From: Octopus vulgaris
Lineage: Eukaryota
Length of the DNA: 64,000 nucleotides
Reading direction: 5' to 3'
Assembly (NCBI GenBank): GCA_951406725.2
Contig: OX597822.1
Span: 112,716,001-112,780,000, forward strand
Each line of letters opens with the position of its first letter. Position 1 is the first letter of the stretch. Positions 48,556 through 61,820 of this stretch are shown here, in pieces. Below the pieces are notes generated by a model. It worked only from the letters and a program-made list of their open reading frames with translations. It was not told where the DNA came from and did not search any database. Both the position numbers and the translations under genes were made by a program.

Positions 48556-50867
48556 ATTTCTGAAACGAGGAATTGTCATTATTATACAATGACACATTCA
48601 GACAATTTGCCCTCATCTTGGTTATTATGGTCGTAACGTTTCTGCCTTCTTCGGGTACCTCTAGTACTTGGCAACATTCATTGTATCGTTAATCAGAATT
48701 TCCCGTTCAATGTCTTTGCTCACACAAATATTAAACTAAACGGAGAATCAAACACAATGGATACACCTTTGTTTCATTGATCAGTTACACCAGATCATGT
48801 GGCATTGAGGTTCATTATCTCTGATTCAAAATCGTACAGTTACCGAGGCGTAACACTTGGTGCGCATTTTACAATGCCAAAGAAACACGATTTCCAAGAC
48901 GGTTTGCTGGGAAGAGTAACCTTATTATCTACAGTTGTTATATTCTTAAAATGTTGGTTTGTTATAACGGTCACTTCGGTATACAGTATACTTAGTAAAA
49001 CCAGTAAAGACACGACTATCTCTGATCGTCTACTATGTACTCCGGTACTTCACGTACTTCTCTAGGATATTTCATTCGTCACGTGGAATGGGTTTGCCAT
49101 TATTACTAATTCCCTACAACATCTTCCCTTTAAGTTTTTCTTAGGAAATGTCCATTTTATTTAGCAATACTTTTTTTATTTACCCCACCACCCTTTTTTG
49201 AGTTATTTTCTTTTCTTTTCGTACAATTTAATAATTTTTGCGCTTGGCCTCTATTTTCAGGAACTCTGTATGTTTTTTCTTCCTCTCACTTGTACGCCTG
49301 GGTTCAATCACTTGCAGTGGCGTTGGTACTTATCTTACAACCATTGGAACGTATTGTACAATCATTCCATCGGTTCCTCCAACTTCTTTGGTTCGCTTTC
49401 CACGAACTTCTTTTTCAGTTGGTTCCTGCATCTCTTTTGTATACCTTTTCTACTTTTTACCCGATACATCATTTTACCAATGCATTTGGTAATTACACCC
49501 TCTTCTCAGTTCTACTTTCCATTCTTGTATGCCTTCATATACAACTTTTCACCAACTTTAAAGAATCTTGCTATGTCTTCCCTAGCACTTCCTTCTTTTC
49601 TTGACAGACAGTAATTTATCAAAGACTGATTTTACTTTCCTTGTTAACATCAGCTCTGCTGGTGAGCTACCTGCTGCTGTATTCGGATTTGGTGTCACAC
49701 GGTAACCTTAAAAATTGTTGTAAAGCTACCTCAACCGTGACTTCCTTATTCGATTTTCTAAGGGCTCTTTTGAAGGTATCGACAAAGCACTCTGCCTGTC
49801 CATTAGAGCTGCAATGGTATGGCGTCATAGTTACATGTTCTACTGTGAGCGTTTCACAAAGTTTATAAAACTCGCTAGACACAAATTACGTTCCACTGTC
49901 AAACATTATCTTGTCTACGATGTCAAATCTTGCAAACGATTCGTGTAAAACATTTCACAGTTGAGGAGATTGGTTTTTAACACTTTCAAATTTCAGGCCA
50001 TTTCGAAAAACTATCAACTACCACTAAGTAGTAAGAACCGTTTAAAGCTCCAGCGAAATCGATGTGTAGTCTCGACCACGGAACATCAACTTTTAAACAA
50101 TGTTTTCTTTTTATCGCGAGCAATTTTTATTTCGTTTTGGCTTATATACAAGTGTTCCACTCTGTTTTGCTGCATTGTTTTGTTTCAGTCCTTCAGCCCC
50201 GTTTGAACCTTCGACTGAACTGACTATATTTCCTTACAAAACACTTATGGGCATATTCCAGACTTTGAATAGTTCCATCCCCACTGTGCCGATAAATTCA
50301 GTGAACTTTTTAACACAATACCTGATTTTTTCCGTTTTACCTCGAAATATTACATTACATACGAATTCACCGAAAAAATATATTTTCCCCGTAACACCAT
50401 GAGCTACAATTTCCGCTTAATTAATTTCGGCTTACCGCCATAACTCCAAGTTTTTTACGTTTATAATTGTGCAGTATCTAACTGCATTTTAACACTTGTA
50501 TTTCTGATTTTCACTTTCACGAATTTCCTCATCGTTACATTACCAATCTCTTCTGATAAATGCTATTTATTCTTTTTCCTTTGTTCTGACATTTTCTCAT
50601 CTTCATTCTACAATGTCCTATATTACAACAACGAAAGTACTCGGTTTTTTTTTAAATGAACAATTTTTCCTCGGGTGAATACCTCCACATATAAAACATG
50701 GATTTATTTCTTGATTTTTGTCGAGTCTTTTTAGAAAACATATTATCTCAATTCTGACAATTTCGTACTAGTTTTACTTGGAAACAATCTTTCTGTTCAG
50801 TTTCCTCTGTGTTGTGTCTTAATTTGGCTATCCTTTCACATTCTTCTGACACTTGCTGTAGGTTTAC

Positions 50868-51225
50868 TGCTGTTGCTGTTGAGCGAAGCGGTCTTCGTCC
50901 CAGAGCTCGCAAGATCGCGCCTCTGTAGTGGGAGAAGTCCGAAACGTGTCCCTTTGCTATTCGTAAGACCCGCAAAAGAGAAAGCAGGTCAAACCCCGAC
51001 ACGGAGAGCGGTTGCGTAGGAAGTTGGGGACAAGAAACAGGAAGAAAGAGTGAGAGAAAGTTGGAGCGAAAGAGTACAACAGGGGTCGCCACCACCCCCA
51101 GCCGGAACCTCGTTGAGCTTTAGGTGTTTTCGCTCAATAAACACACACAACGCCCGGTCTGGGAATCGAAACCGCGATCCTCCGACCGCGAGTCCGCTGC
51201 CCTAACCATTGGGCCATTGCGCCCC
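50868..51225 (-). mobile_element. SINE family B, tail type 4, inserted in the gag remnant
   Basis: Same head; unique tail ending GCTTCGCTCAACAGCAACAGCAG. Confidence 0.82.
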
Positions 51226-51810
51226 CACTGCTGTAGCTTTTGTTCCAGCTTTGCGAGAATTCTAGTTCTAACTTCTGTGTCCTTTTCGGCAGTGAGTCCC
51301 TGTGTAAAAATCAGGCATTTGAACATATCTGGCGTTAATACATTTCGCATTCCCTGTTTACTCAACCAGTATATGTGATGTAGTCCTCGTTGTTTTTCTT
51401 TGTTCAGACACTTCCAAAGTGCGTTGAACAAAGAGCTTTTTTCATTCAAGATTTTTTACCCAATATATCTATTGTGTCATTAAAGTTTAGGTCAGGAGGT
51501 TTTCTTGGGAGTACATAATTACTGTATCGTTCATGTTCTGCTACCGCCAGTTTTCTCAAGATTAAGTGCGTTTTCATCTCGTACCAATCTTTGCATTCTT
51601 TCTGGAAGATTGGCTCATATCTTCTGTAGTATGCTTCGAAGGTAAAATCCTTCGTCAGATTCGTATTTGAACTCTGCTATGGAGTTCGCTACATAGTCTG
51701 GCTAGAACACTTATTTTCTGACTTTCCTGACGATTTCATTAATTGAAGTATTTATTGTTGCAACAGTAATTGTTGTTGTTGCTGTTTTTGCAACTTGAGC
51801 AAACAAAATT

Positions 51811-52499
51811 GGATCTTTTCCTTTTGAACGGCAGATGTCAACACAATTTCTAAACACTTTTAAACTTCGTATACTGGTAGAATGTGTTTATAAAACATCA
51901 TTTTTCTTGGCTTTATTGAGAAAATTCTATAGTTTGTAAGATATTTCGTCTGAAAATCCGAGCATTTCGGCAATTTTAACCAATCGATTACCTCCATTCA
52001 ACTAAAATCATTTGCTGCGTCTAAAACTGAGACAACATCCTGTAACTAACCCTAAACCTCCCCCTAACCCTAACTTTTTTTCTTAATTGTTACGCGTGTA
52101 AAAAAAAACCCGAAAGCAATGGAAAGTGATTTAAACAATTAACAAACAAAATAATTCTATAATTTTATACACACGCTTTCCGTATACGTACGGAAAGCGT
52201 GTGTATAAAAGCGTGTGTTTTTTTACACGCGTAACAATTAAATTAATTTAACAATTAAGAAAAGGGGTTAGTTACAGGATGTTGTCTCAGTTTTAGACGC
52301 AGAAAAAGATTTTAGCTCAAAAGAGAGCATAGGATTGGTTAAAATTCGAAAAATTAAACTACGTTAAACAAACAAATTACAATTTTCTCAAGAAAGCCAA
52401 GAGAAAAAAATTATTTATTTTGACGCATTCTACCAGTATACGAAGTTTTAAAGTGTTTAGTTAACTAGAAATTGTCTGCCGTTCAAAAGGAAAAGATCC
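51811..52499. mobile_element. Merlin-type MITE, almost fully palindromic
   Basis: TIR GGATCTTTTCCTTTTGAACGGCAG; perfect 8-bp TSD ACAAAATT; GG...CC termini. Confidence 0.88.
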
Positions 52500-53099
52500 A
52501 CAAAATTTTCCATAATTTTAACGATTTATTTTTCGGAAAATTCACACAACAAAGCTTTGTGAGTTTGTTAACTTCTCGTGAGTTGTTAAAATCATCGCCA
52601 AGTTTATTAATTCCGTGACTCTCGTCGTTACTGTTATATCCTTACAATGTTGGATTGTTGTAACGGTCACTTCAGTATACAGTATACTTAGTAAAACCAG
52701 TAAAGACACGACTATCTCTAACTGCCCCCTACGTACTCCCGCACTTCACGTACTTCTCTTTACTTATAGTGACAAGGTTATACTATTCGTCACGTAGGAA
52801 GGGTGTACCATTATTATTATTAATTCCCTACAACAACAATGAAAATATCTACTTAAAGATGAAAATTTTGAAAATAAATGAGACACCTCTATTTTAAGTA
52901 TATAACAATAGAAGTTTTGTATTGTTAAATGTCATATAATCAGACACTTTCTAAAGATATAAAGTGGCAACAGGACAGCCTACCCATTTTCGTAAACAGA
53001 AAATTTGGAGGAAAAAATCACTTGACGTGGTTCTAAGGAGAATGCTCATCATATGGCTTCCAGGGCGTGAACATTTCTCTTGAGTTTTGTAAAACACGC

Positions 53100-53508
53100 G
53101 GATCTTTTCGGTTTGAACGGCAGTTTTTCTAGCGGTGTCATATGAAATTGTCACCCGTAATTATGACCCTAGTATCGATCTATTGCATTTTAATCTGTTT
53201 TAGGGTTAGGGGTGGGGGGAAGGGTATCTTTTTTTTCAGAAATGTAAATAAACCCAATCTGTTTCTTAAACGAGGGATATATTCATACGACACAGAATGT
53301 TTTCACCTCAATAGACGTCATTGATTGGTTGAAATTGCAGAAATTGAAGAAAAAACAACAACAAATATCTTGCAAACTATAGAATTTTCTCAATAAAACC
53401 AAGAGGAAAAGATGTTTTATAAACACATTCTATCAGTATACGAAGTTTAAAAGTGTTTAGTTACGTGGAAATTATTTTAAAAAACTGCCGTTCAAACCGA
53501 AAAGATCC
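53100..53508. mobile_element. Merlin-type MITE, related subfamily
   Basis: TIR GGATCTTTTCGGTTTGAACGGCAGTTTTT; 8-bp TSD AAACACGC/AAACACGT. Confidence 0.88.
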
Positions 53509-53723
53509 AAACACGTTTTATATAACATCTCTGTCAATTTGTTTATGTCAGTTTCAGGTTTTCTAAGTGACAGAACTATAAAGCAGACAAACGAATAAAT
53601 GTTAGGAATACTATAATCGAATTCAAAAATATTCCACGCTATTGCAATTCCATCTGGATACAAGACCTCTTTATAATTAATATTCTTTCTTTTTTTTTTT
53701 AATTGGTTTATGTTATATGACTA

Positions 53724-54087
53724 TGGCAGTGGTTAGGGCAGCGGTCTCGCGGTCATAGGATCGTAGTTTCGATTCCCAGACCGGGCGTTGTGAGTGTTTA
53801 TTGAGCGAAAACACCTAAAGCTCCACGAGGCTCCGGCAGGGATGGTGGTGATCCCTGCTGTACTCTTTCACCACAACTTTCTCTCACTCTTACTTCCTGT
53901 TTCTGTTGTACCTGTATTTCAAAGGGCCGGCCTTGTCACTCTATGTGTCACGCTGAATATCCCCGAGAACTACGTTAAGGGTACACGTGTCTGTGGAGTG
54001 CTCAGCCACTTACACGTTAATTTCACGAGCAGGCTGTTCCGTTGATTCGGATCAACCGGAACCCTCATCGTCGTAACCGACGGAGTG
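53724..54087 (+). mobile_element. SINE family B, tail type 2
   Basis: Matches 36589-36980. Confidence 0.88.
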
Positions 54088-54893
54088 AAAGAAAAAAAAA
54101 AAAAATGGCTATGCAGGTATCAACACCTGGTATATAGTCGATTACATCGACTTCCATCGACCCCAGAAGTTATTTTATCACCCCGAAAGGTTGATTGTAA
54201 GCAAAGTGAACGTAAGTGGGTTTTGAACCCAAAGCGTAAAAGGATTAAAATATAAAAATATCAAGCAGTTTTTCTGCCATCTTAAGGATTGGGTCATTCC
54301 AGATGAACTCAACTAGAGCTGTACACGTGACCAACTCAGAATTGGCCCAGATCTTTTGGTAATACCTCTATATGCATAAGGAAGACATGCATAATTTTAG
54401 GGTCCAAAGATATGCCCCGCCAAAATTTGAAGTCCACGCCCCTCGTGGAGCGTGAGGGTAACAGATTTTGGTGCTGAGTATCTTTAAATCTAATCATAGT
54501 ATTTGACTGGAATTGGCTACTCCGGGTAATCTGGACCCAGCCTGTCAGAATCTGCTATCAGAATTGCTCTATCTCCCTTCATTTTGGAGTAATTAACCTT
54601 TGAAATATGAACCTTTTCATGGGTGGAAAAAGAATCAATATTCTAAGGTCTCCCATGAGGCCAAGATGTCTTCAACTTGAAAAGTTTTGAAATTTGCATC
54701 AGAAGTGATCAGGTTACACATGCCAGTCCTTTTGACACCAGCCCTCTCGCTTTTTCCAGTTCTAAAAGACAAAATGCAAACGGAATGGTTTGGAAAAATG
54801 TGAAAGGTAAAATTTAATGGAAGACTTACACGGGCTAACGGGAGGGTGGCGCATAGACAACCGGTGAAGAGAGAGGCGTTTATTTCTGTGACC

Positions 54894-55125
54894 TATTTCT
54901 TTATTACCCACAAGGGGCTAAACATAGAGGGGACAAACAAGGACAGACATAGGTATTAAGTCGATTACATTGACCACCAGTGCGTAACTGGTACTTAATT
55001 TATCGACCCCGAAAGGATGAAAGGCAAAGTCGACCTCGGCGGAATTTGAACTCACAACGTAACGCAGATGAAATACCACAAAGCATTTCGCCCGGCGTGC
55101 TAACGTTTCTGCCAGCTCACCGCCT
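54894..55125 (-). mobile_element. SINE family C monomer
   Basis: Perfect 16-bp TSD GTTTATTTCTGTGACC (54878-54893 and 55127-55142). Confidence 0.9.
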
Positions 55126-55894
55126 TGTTTATTTCTGTGACCGTTGAATTAAGATGTCTAAGTAGCAATGGAATAAAAGTAATTCAGCTTTAATAATGAA
55201 CCAATCTATCCATGCAAGTAAGGATAAAGTAAAAATGTAATAGTATTGTATTGTGGGATACTACTGACGCGTTATTAATTAAAAAAATCGATAAGCCTTC
55301 TCAGCGAAACGCGAAAAAATCACGCCTATCGTCTCCTGCCACTAAATCGAGAAAATAAAATGAAAAAATAACCGTAAACTTGATTATTTTTGTACTTATC
55401 GGCGGAATTTTCGAACGAATCAAAGTCCCCCAAAAATATTTCTCATCAAATCCTACAGGGTGGTATAATTTTTATGCAGAATAAATCAAAAATGCAAGCA
55501 GCAAAAAAATCAAACGGTAAAATGACTAAAAATGTAACTTTCTTTCACTTCGTAAAATCATTTCTTTTAAACAACAATTTTCACAAAAAACTGACGAACT
55601 GTTAAACAAAAGAGCCTGTAGATTATGCAAGTGGGCTTTTTATTAAAATCGCCCACAAAACACGACCTCCACAGCTTGCAGAATCGATAGAAAATGGGTT
55701 TTGTTGCCCTAGTAACTACAAATTTTGAGATAGCTATTTCTAACCTAGTCCAGTCGCTTCCATACCTCATTTTACATGTCCCTATAAATTTTCGCCGCAA
55801 TCCGAGCACGCCTACTACCATTGAATCCTGCATAACCACTAAATGAGACGCGCAAACATACAACTTTCGGCCATTTCACTTTTTTACATAGAGA

Positions 55895-56194
55895 CCAGCT
55901 ATTTTGACCCGTGCTTCGCTCGGGTTTTGGTGCTGGTGTTGTTCTGTGCGTGTTGTCTCCTTTTCCCTTTCTTCTTTTGTTCGTCTTCTTTGCCTTTCCC
56001 ATATTCCTCACCATGGCAACCAAACGGTAGCCCCGAGCGACTTGCATCTCTCTTCACATCATTGTCCACCCCATTTTACCCGCCAGTGTAGCTTTTGGTG
56101 CCAATCCGACCCCATCTACCGTTCCCACCCCAAAATGAGACAAATACCCAAGAAATCAAACAACTTTTTCGCATTTCAACTTTATAGTTATTGA
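55895..56194 (-). mobile_element. Non-autonomous Helitron (300 bp)
   Basis: Minus strand: A|TC start, 3' hairpin CCCGAGC-GAA-GCACGGG, then a CTGG|T end (CTRR); no TSD. Confidence 0.65.
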
Positions 56195-56386
56195 TAAACC
56201 TGTGTTATTTTTAACCAAAACCTACTGTTAGTGATGTAGCATGTTATGTGCGAACTGTACTGGGCAGTCAGTTCGTGTATATACGTGTGTTTGCTGTTGT
56301 CGAGGGATGGGTGCGGTCAATTTGACTACTGCGCAGGGCAGCCACAACTCACGCTACACCACTTCCTATTACTATTATAACCTGAA

Positions 56387-56801
56387 GGCGGCGAGCTGGC
56401 TGAAACGTTGGCACGCCGGGCAAAATGCGAAGCCGTATTTCGTCTGCCGTCACGTTCTGAGTTCAAATTCCGCCGAGGTCGACTTTGCCTTTTATCCTTT
56501 CGGAGTCGATAAATTAAGTACCAGTTACGCACTGGGGTCGATGTAATCGACTAAATCCCTTTGTCTGTCCTTGTTTGTTCCCTCTGTGTTTAGCCCCTTG
56601 TGGGTAGTAAAGAAATAGGTATTTCGTCTGCCGTTACGTTCTGAGTTCAAATTCCGCCGAGGTCGACTTTGCCTTTCATCCTTTCGGTGTCGATAAATTA
56701 AGTACCAGTTACGCACTGGGGTCGATGTAATCGACTAAATCCCTTTGTCTGTCCTTATTTGTCCCCTCTGTGTTTAGCCCCTTGTGGGTAATAAAGAAAT
56801 A
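56387..56801 (+). mobile_element. SINE family C dimer (head plus 2 bodies)
   Basis: Perfect 17-bp TSD TATTACTATTATAACCT (56367-56383 and 56802-56818). Confidence 0.92.
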
Positions 56802-57101
56802 TATTACTATTATAACCTATTTTGTAATGCGATGTGCTTATCTGTAACGGAGTTTCAAGGTAAGGAGCAACTTGTAAGTAGTCACTCAACGTCCAAGAAA
56901 TAATTGGTAATTTTCCATTAAATAACTCTTAACATCTTAATAAAAGGAAGGTCACAACTAATTAGAAGACAATGCAGTCCTAATACACTCCGTTTGAATA
57001 AAAGATGGGACGGCCATGGGTAGAACGCCTTTGTTCCTAGGTTCACTTGATCTGTGCTAACTTTAAGGCTAAACAAGAACAGATACATTGCAGTTCTCTC
57101 C

Positions 57102-57755
57102 CTTATTCTTTATTCTTTTTACTTGTTTCAGTCATTTGACTGCGGCCATGCTGGAGCACCCCTTTTAGTCGAGCAAATCGATCCCAGGACTTATTCTTTG
57201 TAAGCCTAGTACTTATTCTATCGGTCTCTCTTTAGCGAACCGCTAAGTTACGGGGACGTATACACACCAGCATCGGTTGTCAAGCGATGGTGAGGAAACA
57301 TACATACACAAACATATGCACATACATACATACATGCATGCATACATACATACATACATACATACATACATACATACATGCATACATACATACATACATA
57401 CATGCATACATACATACATACATACATACATACATACATACATACATACATACATACATAATACATACATACATACATACATACATGCATACATACATAC
57501 ATACATACATACACACATACATACATACATACACACATACATACATTCATACATACATGCATACATACATACATTCATACATATATACATACATGACGAG
57601 CTTCTTTCAGTTTCCATCTACCAAATCCATTCACAAAGCTTTGGTCGGTCCGAGGCTATAGTAGAAGACGCTTGCCCAAGGTGCCACGCAGTGGGACTGA
57701 ACCCAGAACCATGTGGTTGGTAAGCAAGCTACCTACTACACAGCCACTCCTGCGC
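57102..57755 (-). mobile_element. SINE family A with expanded (CATA)n
   Basis: Homology; internal microsatellite of about 290 bp. Confidence 0.88.
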
Positions 57756-58068
57756 CTCCGCACAGCCATTCTTGTGCCTTAGTTGAATTCTATTATATTA
57801 TGTAGCATTTTAAGATGAGAAAGGAATAAATGCCTCTTTGGTCTTAATATATATATATATATATATATACAGATAAGAGGAAAAAATCTATCAGAAAAGG
57901 AACTCTAATCTCTCTTTAAAAAATATATTTTGATAAGCATAACAAATGCGCAACCGGTAAAAAGAACTTTCACCTAATTAAATTACTTAAATTACCTAAA
58001 TTATTTTGTCAGCATTTTCTTCATTTCCTTTTTTATATATCACAACTCGTGTTCCACATCTCCTTTTT

Positions 58069-58140
<72 letters not shown>

Positions 58141-58429
58141 AAAAAAAAAGTATTTCTCATTATTGACATCACGAGCTCAGCTATCTGGTAAATTGTTGGT
58201 CGTTTGGGTGTAAAACTCTTCAGGGTTTTGAGACAAAGAAACACTCAATATCCGTTAACCTCTTCAGACTTAAGAAACTGCTTTACGTCTCCATCGCATG
58301 TAATCTTGCAATGGTCTGAAAAGATACTGATGAGATGGAGCAAGGTTAGGAAGGAAAAGACCCCAAGAAAAGACTATAAGGCAAAACCTCTTTATTGAGA
58401 ACGATAACCTTTTCCTTCTTGACTAATGG

Positions 58430-58900
58430 TGTTTTTTTTTTCTGTTTTTGTTTTTTTTCGCAAAACTTCCAATTGACTACAACACCTCTACGCATTCACT
58501 GTTTCATTTTGGTCTAACACTTCGGGATAGACGACAACCTTCATATGACCAAACACAGCATAACTTTTTCCAAGAATAGTCAGGTTTTGGAAATGGATAC
58601 TATTTTCTCATTGGATGCTAACCATTATTGTTTTCGTTGGATTCCCTTTTCCTCATTTATGATGATTCTACTCATAATAGATTCGGTGGCAAGTCTGCTG
58701 GTCAATGGCGAGCAGAGAACGACTCTTTAATCAAGTCGTGAAGCAATCATATGGTGAAGGGTCCAATGATCAAGTTCAGACACTTTTCCTAATTCATGAA
58801 AATGTTGCAGGATCGAAATGTGACTTGAATTGAGTTGTTTTTCTAATTCTCTCAGCTTCTTTTGGATTTTTCTCAACTGCAGTTTTCAGAAGCTCAATAA
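58430..58900 (-). mobile_element. Degraded mariner transposase remnant
   Basis: Translation ELLKTAVEKNP..RELEKQLNSSHISILQHFHELGKVSELDHWTLHH...SIMSRIIINEEK resembles the mariner WVPHEL and TGDEKW regions. Confidence 0.7.
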
Positions 58901-59348
58901 TTCGGCCGCCTAGACCGATGGTAAACTAGGCCTACAAGAGAAAAATTCCCCAAGTGAAACTGACATTACCAGACTTAAAGCTTCATTTTTACATTCAGAA
59001 CGAACAGTTCTCGTGGATTCCCTTGCTCAAGAGCCTCTTTTTGAATTTATATGGGGTCTGATACGATCTGATTTAAACTCATTTTAAAAGAGTAAAATCG
59101 ATACGAATTTGCTCTTAAGGTGTAAAATAATTTGCAAAGAAAAAAAGATTAGAAAGTAAAAACGAATGCTTATTCTTTACTGTACGTATTGAAAAAACAA
59201 TACCCAAAATGATCATGTCCAAAATACGACAGAACTTTCGTTCCAACGCAATAATTTCGTTTGTAGCCACATCCTGAACCCAATCCTATTTCGCGAGATC
59301 TAAACGATGAATAGCTCAGATTAACTGTTAAGTACAGCTTCGTGACCA

Positions 59349-59750
59349 GAAACGTTAGCACGCCGGGCGAAATGCTTAGCGGTATTTCGTCTGCGTTACG
59401 TTGTGAGTTCAAATTCCGCCGAGGTCGACTTTGTCTTTCATCCTTTCGGGGTCGATAAATTAAGTACCAGTTACGCACTGGGGTCGATGTAATCGACTTA
59501 ATACCTATGTCTGTCCTTGTTTGTCCCCTCTGTGTTTAGCCCCTTGTGGGTAATAAAGAAATAGGTATTTCGTCTGCGTTACGTTGTGAAGTTCAAATTC
59601 CGCCGAGGTCGACTTTGCCTTTCACCCTTTCGGGGTCGATAAATTAAGTACCAGTTACGCACTGGGGTCGATGTAATCAACTTAATACCTATGTCTGTCC
59701 TTGTTTGTCCCCTCTGTGTTTAGCCCCTTGTGGGTAATAAAGAAATAGGT
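59349..59750 (+). mobile_element. SINE family C dimer (5'-clipped head)
   Basis: Two bodies sharing private variants (ATACCTATGTC, GTTGTGA). Confidence 0.88.
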
Positions 59751-60039
59751 ATTAGTATTATCTTCCCGGCCGGTAAATCTCTAATACCAACCGCCCATAA
59801 ACATCAAGAGTTATGCTTAGCAACAATCCCTGCAATAGCAATCGCAGCGAAAAAAAAAAAAAAAAGTGTCGTCTTGCACTGGTTAATTTGCAACTTAAAA
59901 TTTAGTAAGTTTAAAAATTCGAAGAGGAGGAAATAGTATTCAATTTTAACATTTTCAAAGAAGCAGCCGATTATAATAATTTCTAAAACTACGAACATGT
60001 TCGTTCCGTCAATTTTTTTAAATTAAACACAAAGATATC

Positions 60040-60443
60040 TCTCTTTTACTCTCTTTTACTCTTTTACTTGTTTCAGTCATTTGACTGCGGCCATGCTGGA
60101 GCACCGCCTTTAGTCGATCAAATCGACCCCGGTACTTATTCTTTGTAAGCCCAGTACTTAGTCTATCGGTCTCTTTTGCCGAACCGCTAAGTGACGGGGA
60201 CGTAAACACACCAGCATCGGTTGTCAAGCAATGCTAGGGGGACAAACACAGACACACAACCCCCCCCCCATACATATATATATACATACATACATACGAC
60301 AGACTTCTTTCAGTTTCCGTCTACCAAATCCACTCACAAGGCATTGGTCGGCCCGGGGCTATAGCAGAAGACACTTGCCCAAGATGCCACGCAGTGGGAC
60401 TGAACCCGGAACCATGTGGTTGGTTAGCAAGCTACTTACCACA
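60040..60443 (-). mobile_element. SINE family A
   Basis: Homology to family A. Confidence 0.88.
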
Positions 60444-60785
60444 CGAACATATTTTTTTAGATGTATTTTGGCAATATTTAAACCTCAGGTTTAATTATTA
60501 AAGCTAAATGTTTTAATGCAAAAACTTCGGTCGAAAATAGCAGCACTCAAAGACGCAATTGGTATCAATTAGCATCCTATGAAATTTGATCAATCTCTTA
60601 AAAAGACGTTGGGTGGGGATGTCTTTTCATTCTCTAAATTCAAAAGCTTTCAATGTAATATGGTGGTGGAAACTCAGATGGCTGGAATCGTTATAAAACT
60701 ATTTGTATGTCTATTCAAAAAATTATTAATGCTGCTCCATCGACGTAACCATAAAACAATTTCAGACGCAGATGAAATTATTCTA

Positions 60786-61115
60786 AATAAATAATAATAT
60801 AATAATGAAATTATTGTATACAGTGCTCAGGTGCACCACAACTTGTCAGAAAGTGCATATAAAGTACATGCAGTAATGTAGAAATGTCTGGAAAGTGAAC
60901 ATGCTTGTGTGTGTATGGAGGGGAGAAAATCAGGTGTAGTGTTGGCAAATCTCAGGAAGCATGGAAGTCTTGAAGGATGCAGTGCTCCGACAACTAACAA
61001 CCGATGCCGGCAGTTTGTTCCACGCTTCAGCAACTCTCAGCGTGAAAAATGTTTCCGAAAGTCATGGGAGCTGTGCTGTTTTCTTACTTTGTAAATATGT
61101 CCACGGGTGTTAGAT
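60786..61115 (-). mobile_element. CR1-type LINE 3' fragment
   Basis: ORF2 C-terminus SNTRGHIYKVRKQ...RVAEAWNKLPASVVSC..FK, then a 3'UTR and an ATT-rich tail. Confidence 0.8.
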
Positions 61116-61411
61116 GGGTTATCTAGTTATCTTACAACACTTATTTACTTAAGAAAGGCATAAATTAAAAAAAAAAATCAGGAAAAAGAAAGAGAGAACC
61201 CCCGCAATAGTTCCATGCTTTTAAATATGGATCAGATTTCAGAAACTTGTTATTCATATATTACAAACATAATGAAATAAAAATGCGTCTGGATTAAAGG
61301 GAAATAACTCTTATAGTAACATTAAATTATCTCCCTTAATTCAATATAATTTGTTTATAACTCTCATAAACATTCTTTTTAATAATCAGGACGCCAACGA
61401 ATATTTTATCT

Positions 61412-61786
61412 TCCACTTGTTTCAAAGTCATTAAACTGCGGTCATGCTGGGGCATCGTCTTCAAGAAGTTTTAGTCGAAAATATCGACCCGAGCACTTAT
61501 TTTTTTAAAAGCCTGTTACTTACTCTATCCGTCACTTTCGCCGAACTGCTTAGAAACACGCCACCACTGGTGGTCAACCAGCAGTGGTGGTAGTCGGACA
61601 CACGGACACACACACACGCACAAATATCTATATGTGTGTGTCCTTCTTTTAGTGACTTCTTTTAGTTTTCGTCCACCAAATTCATTCACAAGGTTTTATC
61701 AGCCTGAGACTATAGTATAAGACACCTGCCCAAGGTGTCACGCAGTGGGACTGAACCCAGAACCATGTGGTTAGGAAGCAAGCTTC
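61412..61786 (-). mobile_element. SINE family A, old diverged copy
   Basis: Degenerate homology. Confidence 0.7.
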
Positions 61787-61820
61787 TTTATTTCATAAAA
61801 TTGGCCATATAGGCCTTACA

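Larger units (their letters stand above)
48936..52835 (-). mobile_element. Degenerate Gypsy (Mag-clade-like) LTR retrotransposon lacking RT/RNaseH
   Basis: LTRs at 48936-49121 and 52632-52835 (TG...CA); TSD ACAGT/ACAAT; PPT AAAGGGAAGA; degenerate PBS TAACGACGAG (cf. TGGCGACGAG). Remnants of gag, CCHC knuckles (~50600-50700), protease QLDTA (~50480) and integrase PYHCSSNGQAECFVDTFKRAL. Confidence 0.88.

Noticed and set aside
52025-52075. Interstitial telomere
   Set aside because: Only two or three TAACCC units, internal to a MITE.
57243-57723. MYVC/HTYI/YIYI-repeat ORFs (also at 44675, 48076 and 16468)
   Set aside because: Microsatellite translations.
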